Shown here: piece after piece, positions 7,801-11,999 of the stretch
Numbering within the stretch: position 1 is the stretch's first letter
How the letters are laid out: the number at the start of each line of letters is the position of its first letter
Assembly: GCA_000388065.2 (NCBI GenBank)
Contig: KB932203.1
Source: Fonticula alba ATCC 38817
Taxonomy: Eukaryota > Protista > Nucleariida
Strand: one strand, 5' to 3'
Length of the DNA: 11,999 bases
Made by a program: the position numbers and the translations under genes
The notes under the pieces: model-generated
Told to the model about the DNA's origin: nothing
What the model saw: the letters and a program-made list of their open reading frames with translations, nothing else
Database searches by the model: none

Positions 7801-9184
7801 NNNNNNNNNNNNNNNNNNNNNNNNNNNNNNNNNNNNNNNNNNNNNNNNNNNNNNNNNNNNNNNNNNNNNNNNNNNNNNNNNNNNNNNNNNNNNNNNNNNN
7901 NNNNNNNNNNNNNNNNNNNNNNNNNNNNNNNNNNNNNNNNNNNNNNNNNNCCCCCCCCTCCCCCCTCCCGCGGCCGCCACCGCCATCACCGCAGATGGAC
8001 AATCGCGCTCCGCCGCCCAAATGGCCCTCTTCCAAAATGAGGTGGCACTGATGTGGCTGCTGCGCGACCAGCCCGGCCTCGTGCGGCTTTACGGCTACAG
8101 CGACAGCCCGCCGTCCCTGGTGATGGACCTCTACCAGGCGGATCTGGCGACGCTCCTCCACTCGGAGATCACACTGTCAACGCACCAGGTCCTGGGCATG
8201 GTCCAAGATTGGGGTGCGCATCGGGGCCGCGTGGCAGTCTTCCTGCCGGCGCGCTCCCTCCATCCATTCCCCCCCCCCCCCCCCCTGCCCCGTCGTGACT
8301 AACGTCCCATCCCCGCGGTCCCGCTCCCAGCCACCGGGCTCGAGGCCATGCACGCGCACGGCATCGCCCACTGCGACATCAAGCCGGGCAATGTCTTCGT
8401 GCGACAAGAGCACCCGGCTGGGCCCTGGCGCGCGGCCCTGGGCGATCTTGGCACCTCGCGCAATCTGTCGACCGAGCGCTCCAGCGCGCTGACTGTCACT
8501 CCGCCGGCGCTCAATGCCCTGACCGCACGCTATGCCGCGCCCGAGGTGCGTCCGTGCCCCGGCCCCCTCAAGCGTGCGGGTTGCCCCATTGGCAGGCCAC
8601 CCGCCCGGGGGAGCACAGCCCCTCCTCCTCGTCCTCCCCCTGCCCGCCCACTTCGTGCCACTCGTCTCACCTGTGTTCCCCTCCCCGCGCCCCCCCCCTT
8701 TCCCCTCCTCCCTGCGGGGGGAGGGACAGCCGGGGGCGGCGGGTAGGGGCCCGGACAGGGGGGCCTGGGCCGCCCCCCCGCCCCTCTTGGCCCGGCGCAA
8801 AAATAGGTGTTCGTGGCGTTCGACCGGAAGCAGGCCCTGGAGAAGGATCTCTGCCTGCAGGCGGACATCTACTCGGCGGCGCTGCTCCTGTGGGAGTGTC
8901 TCTCAAGGCAGGTCCCCTGGCAGGGGCTGGACTTCGCCGGGATCTCGGAGGCCGTGCAGACGGGCGTCCGGCCAGAGGTGGGCCCGGCCGTGGCCGCGGT
9001 TGCAGGCCCGCAGGCCGCCTCGCTGGGGGACCTACTTTCGCTGTGCTGGGACACGGATCCCCAAACCCGGCCATTGGCGGCCTCGCTGCGCCAACGGGTG
9101 TCCATGGCGGCCGTGTCTTCGGGGCGAGGGTGCGCGGCGGCCGGGCCGGGGGCGGGGTTAACCCAGCCGTCGAGCCCAGTGTAA
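71..9184 (+). CDS. Spliced gene (9 exons) for a single-pass receptor-like Ser/Thr protein kinase (TKL-like) with a furin-like cysteine-rich ectodomain, about 2,320 aa after removing artefactual duplications
   Basis: Join 71-1000, 1224-1693, 1802-1815, 2012-6421, 6607-6713, 6971-6989, 7149-7175, 7279-7452, 7995-8213, 8331-8545, 8807-9184. This totals 6963 nt = 2320 codons + TAA, with no internal stop. Junction peptides read sensibly: HLSA/SACLAC, KGRL/AVGLGVG, KPA/GDGDDF/DSTVLNTIV/ELSLPG, AIKRMK/DGQS, QDW/ATGLEAMH, YAAPE/VFVAF. The ORF-track start at 32 is a TTG; the first in-frame ATG is at 71. Confidence 0.85.
778..1223 (+). repeat. Exact 223-bp tandem duplication (778-1000 and 1001-1223) that frameshifts exon 1; probable assembly artefact
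   Basis: Both copies run from CGATGGGGCCCAAGATGG to CTCGGCCGGGGCA with no mismatch seen. 223 is not a multiple of 3. Deleting one copy restores the continuous frame ...GFRSAGA-VFHWTRL. Confidence 0.9.
1605..1801 (+). repeat. Exact 89-bp direct repeat (1605-1693 and 1713-1801) separated by adapter sequence; 108-nt in-frame artefactual insertion
   Basis: The peptide LCQSGRELSPMVFDRRLCTGCVDGSALQPT occurs twice, separated by DRKSTR. Confidence 0.9.
1694..1715 (+). other. Illumina TruSeq adapter fragment AGATCGGAAGAGCACACGTCTG (technical contaminant)
   Basis: 22/22 match to the start of the TruSeq read-through adapter AGATCGGAAGAGCACACGTCTGAACTCCAGTCAC. It translates to the well-known artefact peptide DRKSTRL. 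Confidence 0.97.
1816..2011 (+). other. Intron 1 (196 nt, phase 1)
   Basis: GTGCGT donor, branch-like CTACTGAC at 1929-1936, AG-free C-rich tract, then CAG at 2009-2011. Splicing links the 927-frame to the 2047-frame in phase. Confidence 0.75.
2012..6421 (+). CDS. Exon 2 (4410 nt): end of the first Cys-rich unit, Cys-poor domain B and the furin-like repeat array
   Basis: Corresponds to ORF 2047..6555, extended upstream in frame (ACLACVVRDCLVC). Ends at G|GTGCGT (6422). Confidence 0.9.
3541..6384 (+). repeat. Array of about 18 furin-like (FU / growth-factor-receptor-type) cysteine-rich repeats
   Basis: Recurring C-x3-CP-x-G-x-[YF]...C-x2-C-x3-C-x2-C-x-GP...C-x2-C pattern, e.g. CHPSCGACSGTRSTDCLTC and CHALCGPGCTGPGDDACTACPPG. 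Units were counted manually. Confidence 0.9.
6214..6252 (+). repeat. Coding (GGT/GGC)n microsatellite encoding GGGGGGGGDGGGG inside the last repeats
   Basis: Direct reading of the sequence. Confidence 0.85.
6422..6606 (+). other. Intron 2 (185 nt, phase 1)
   Basis: GTGCGT donor, CTGAC at 6552-6556, then AG-free sequence to TAG at 6604-6606. The join gives LSPKGRL-AVGLGVGLG. Confidence 0.85.
6607..6713 (+). CDS. Exon 3: transmembrane helix (6609-6686) and RRR stop-transfer motif
   Basis: VGLGVGLGILFLLLLILVVLALVYFL followed by RRRNGAKPA. Donor GTACGT at 6714 (phase 0). Confidence 0.9.
6971..6989 (+). CDS. Exon 4: 19-nt juxtamembrane micro-exon (GDGDDF+G)
   Basis: CACAG acceptor ending 6970, preceded by CACTGAC (6885-6891) and an AG-free stretch. 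GTGCGT donor at 6990. It supplies exactly the 0-to-1 phase change needed. Confidence 0.65.
7149..7175 (+). CDS. Exon 5: 27-nt micro-exon (DSTVLNTIV)
   Basis: CCCAG acceptor ending 7148 with CTGAC at 7123-7127. GTGCGT donor at 7176. Phase 1-1. Confidence 0.7.
7279..7452 (+). CDS. Exon 6: kinase subdomains I-II (LGAGTQASVY, VAIK)
   Basis: CACAG acceptor ending 7278. Gly-loop starts at 7347 and VAIK lies at 7431-7442. GTACGT donor at 7453. Confidence 0.88.
7561..7656 (+). repeat. Intronic CT-rich low-complexity tract with a 9-bp tandem repeat (TCTGTCTCT x6, 7602-7655, one variant unit) running into the gap
   Basis: Direct reading of the sequence. Confidence 0.85.
7657..7950. other. Assembly gap (294 N) inside predicted intron 6
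   Basis: N run flanked by simple-sequence tracts. Confidence 0.99.
7995..8213 (+). CDS. Exon 7: kinase subdomains III-V (FQNEVAL, LVRLYGY, LVMDLY)
   Basis: CGCAG acceptor ending 7994. The alphaC Glu lies in FQNE. GTGCGC donor at 8214. Confidence 0.88.
8331..8545 (+). CDS. Exon 8: kinase subdomains VI-VIII (HCDIKPGN 8369-8392, DLG 8444-8452, YAAPE ending 8545)
   Basis: GACTAAC branch point at 8297-8303, CCCAG acceptor ending 8330, GTGCGT donor at 8546. Confidence 0.92.
8807..9184 (+). CDS. Exon 9: kinase subdomains IX-XI (ADIYSAALLLWE, CWDTDPQTRP), short tail and TAA
   Basis: ATAG acceptor ending 8806, phase 0. ORF 8807..9184. The exact C-terminal tail is less certain. Confidence 0.85.
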   Translation: MFVAFDRKQALEKDLCLQADIYSAALLLWECLSRQVPWQGLDFAGISEAVQTGVRPEVGPAVAAVAGPQAASLGDLLSLCWDTDPQTRPLAASLRQRVSMAAVSSGRGCAAAGPGAGLTQPSSPV

Positions 9185-9834
9185 CCCAGATGGACATATG
9201 CTGTTAGGGGCGTGCGTGTGTGTGTGTGGGGCTCCTCCGTAACTCAGCCCCCTGGCATGGTGGGTCGGGGTGCCGCGCGCGTGCGCGCGCCGATGTGTCA
9301 TCGGGGCGGAGCGGATGTGTGCGCGCGCGTCGAAGAACAGACAGGGGAAGAAAGACGGGCTGGGGGGCGGGGCGACATTAACTGGGCGGGGCAGACCGGG
9401 CTCCGTCTGGCGTCGTCACCTGGCCGCCCTGTTTTTTCCGGGCTCGGGACGCAGGGGCCGCGCGGCCGGGGGCGGAGCCCGAACGGGTCGCGCTGGGGCG
9501 GGGGCGGGCCTGCGCGTGTGCGACAGCGCGGGCATTTTCCCGGGGCCACCCGTGCCCCCGGGCCGGGAGGCTGGGGCGTGCGTGTGCATGTGCATGCGTG
9601 TGTGTTGGGGGGGGGGGGGCCGGCTCACGGCGGTGTACGGGCGCACTGGGCCTACAGTCACCTTGCACGCTTACTATAGCATTCCCATGCTGGTATATAG
9701 GACTGCGGGCTAGCACATAGTTAGCTCCCGGGTCTGGCTTGGAGTGCAGGTGTCGCCGGATGGCCTGGAAGGGTCCGTGGGTAACTCTTCCTGACCGGTG
9801 GGGGGGGGAGGGGGGAGGGAAGGGAGAGAGCGAG

Positions 9835-10259
9835 NNNNNNNNNNNNNNNNNNNNNNNNNNNNNNNNNNNNNNNNNNNNNNNNNNNNNNNNNNNNNNNNNN
9901 NNNNNNNNNNNNNNNNNNNNNNNNNNNNNNNNNNNNNNNNNNNNNNNNNNNNNNNNNNNNNNNNNNNNNNNNNNNNNNNNNNNNNNNNNNNNNNNNNNNN
10001 NNNNNNNNNNNNNNNNNNNNNNNNNNNNNNNNNNNNNNNNNNNNNNNNNNNNNNNNNNNNNNNNNNNNNNNNNNNNNNNNNNNNNNNNNNNNNNNNNNNN
10101 NNNNNNNNNNNNNNNNNNNNNNNNNNNNNNNNNNNNNNNNNNNNNNNNNNNNNNNNNNNNNNNNNNNNNNNNNNNNNNNNNNNNNNNNNNNNNNNNNNNN
10201 NNNNNNNNNNNNNNNNNNNNNNNNNNNNNNNNNNNNNNNNNNNNNNNNNNNNNNNNNNN
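9835..10259. other. Assembly gap (425 N)
   Basis: N run flanked by purine-rich and poly-G tracts. Confidence 0.99.
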
Positions 10260-10330
10260 GGGGGGGGGGGCTGCAGGGCCGCCGCAGGCCGCCCTGGGCC
10301 GGGCAGCCGGGCCCACCTGCATGCTCACGC

Positions 10331-10333
10331 ACA

Positions 10334-10373
<40 letters not shown>
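10331..10373 (+). repeat. (CA)n microsatellite
   Basis: Direct reading; one TATA interruption. Confidence 0.95.
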
Positions 10374-11544
10374 GCCCGGAAGAAGAAGGAGCCGGGGCCG
10401 GGGGAGGGGGGGGCATGCGGGCCGAAGGGCCAAAGGTGCCCCCACCCCCCGGCGGCGGGGGCAGAAGGCGGCCCGCTTGGCCAGGGCGTCTGCCTGCCCG
10501 GGCCCGCAGGCGGGGCCCCCGTTTGGAAGCTGGCGAATGGCGGGCGCTTCCAGGAACGCCCGGGTTGGGCACCCGCCGTGCGCCTACCCTTTTTCCCCCT
10601 GGTCCGTGGCTGCGCCGCGCTGCGCTGTGTGCCTGTGTGTGTGCCTCTCGGCGGCGCGCCCGGGCCTTGTGCACCTGGGGGGGGGGGCGGCGCCGGTCGC
10701 CGGTGGTCACCTGGCACCTCTGCGATGCCAGAATCCGAGCCGGCGCCCCCCTGCCGGCGGTCTATTTGGACGGCGCTGTTCGCGGGGATAATGTTTGGGT
10801 TACGCGTCCCTCGGCGGGTTGGGGGCAGAGCGGGCCGGGGTCTGATACATTAGCATCAGCAGACTGTATGTGGGCACATGCGTCCGCCGGGGGGGGGGGG
10901 GCGTGGCGGCGGCGCCAGGAGGGCGCCCGGCACCGGTGCGAGCGCAGAGGATGATGACTGGCGTCGGAGGGGGGGGGGGCCGGGCTTGCGGCGTTGATAT
11001 GGCGCGGCGCGCGGGGGCCCGGACCACGGCGCGGTCCGGGTCGGCTGGGGGCGCGCCGCCGTGTGGGCCCCCCGGCGGGCGGCTCCGCCGGGGCCGGCCA
11101 TGTGGGGGGCCGGCCGCACATATGTTCCCCTCCCCCCGCCGGCGCCCCCGGTTGTGGCCGTGTGGCGGCGCGTTTCGCGGGCCAGGGCTTTCCCAGGCCG
11201 ACATGCGCCGGCGCCGACCGGGGGCAAGGGGACCCGGAGCCGGGGGTTCGGCCCCCGGGCATTCGCGCACCGAGGGTCAGGTGCGGGCCGCGGCGCATTT
11301 GGTGGGCCCCGCTCGCGGCGGGCCGGCCCGGCCCGGGCCGCGCGTGAGGCTGATGCTACCGGCCCTTCGGCGAGGGGGGGCAGGGTGCCGGGCGCGGTGC
11401 GCCATGAAACATGCGCGGCGGCGCGCACGCGGCCGCACACGGGGAGGCGCCCCGGCACGCCGGCCCGTGCGCCCGCACGCGCAGGAGCGCACACACACAC
11501 ACACATACACGCATGTGGGCGCCACAGCGCACCCCGGGCCTTGT

Positions 11545-11964
11545 CCGCGGGTGGGCCGTCCCCTGGCCCCGGGGCGGGTGGCCCAGGCCCCGGGGTGGCC
11601 GAACGTCAGTTGACGCGCGCGCGCCGCCGGGTGGGGGGGCGCCCCACCGCCGGGGCGGCAGGTGCTTTTCCTCCCGGCCGGGCCGGGCGCGCCCATGTGG
11701 TTGCCGCCCAAGCCGCGCGGCCTGTGCGCCGCCACGCGTCCCCCCCCCCCCCCCCCCGCGGGTGGGCCGTCCCCTGGCCCCGGGGCGGGTGGCCCAGGCC
11801 CCGGGGTGGCCGAACGTCAGTTGACGCGCGCGCGCCGCCGGGTGGGGGGGCGCCCCACCGCCGGGGCGGCAGGTGCTTTTCCTCCCGGCCGGGCCGGGCG
11901 CGCCCATGTGGTTGCCGCCCAAGCCGCGCGGCCTGTGCGCCGCCACGCGTCCCCCCCCCCCCCC
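11545..11964 (+). repeat. Tandem duplication with a 211-bp period (about 11545-11755 and 11756-11964), joined in a poly-C run; probable assembly artefact
   Basis: The copies look identical except for C-run length (18 vs 14). Confidence 0.9.
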
Positions 11965-11999
11965 GGCAGTGAGACCCCGGTGAAATAACGCTCGCGTTG

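Noticed and set aside
7486-8161. ORFs with KRQ/ETE/LLS repeats spanning the first gap
   Set aside because: They are translations of the intronic 9-bp CT repeat plus Ns.
8369-9184. Calling the protein a receptor tyrosine kinase or EGFR/INSR ortholog because of the furin-like repeats
   Set aside because: The catalytic loop is DIKPGN (Ser/Thr type), not DLAARN or DLRAAN, and no L domains were recognised. No gene symbol is assigned.
9378-10853. 330-355-aa ORFs spanning the second gap
   Set aside because: Their length comes from N codons and low-complexity flanks.
10951-10957. ATGATGA as a C/D snoRNA C box
   Set aside because: There is no CTGA D box or terminal stem at a plausible distance; the next CTGA is about 400 nt downstream.
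10762-11999. Numerous 100-300-aa ORFs in the 3' end of the window
   Set aside because: They are stop-poor, very GC-rich, low-complexity translations, partly inflated by the 211-bp duplication, with no recognisable domain.

Overview
This is GC-rich eukaryotic draft-assembly DNA, dominated by one intron-containing + strand gene (ATG 71 to TAA 9184). I reconstructed 9 exons by hand: 71-1815, 2012-6421, 6607-6713, 6971-6989, 7149-7175, 7279-7452, 7995-8213, 8331-8545 and 8807-9184. All 8 introns are GT-AG and phase-compatible. After removing two apparent assembly duplications, the gene encodes a single-pass receptor-like protein kinase of about 2,320 aa. Its architecture is: signal peptide, Cys-poor domain A, short Cys-rich unit, Cys-poor domain B, about 18 furin-like Cys-rich repeats, TM helix, and a TKL-like non-RD Ser/Thr kinase (HCDIKPGN, DLG, APE). 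The architecture, GC content and intron style resemble the furin-repeat receptor kinases of the aggregative amoeba Fonticula alba; this is inference from recall, not a database result. The window carries clear assembly artefacts: a 22-nt Illumina TruSeq adapter inside exon 1 (1694-1715), three exact tandem or near-tandem duplications (223, 89 and about 211 bp) and two N gaps. The region 9185-11999 is mostly low-complexity non-coding DNA, with weak hints of minus-strand exons. I see no prokaryotic-type system, RNA gene, transposon or CRISPR array.
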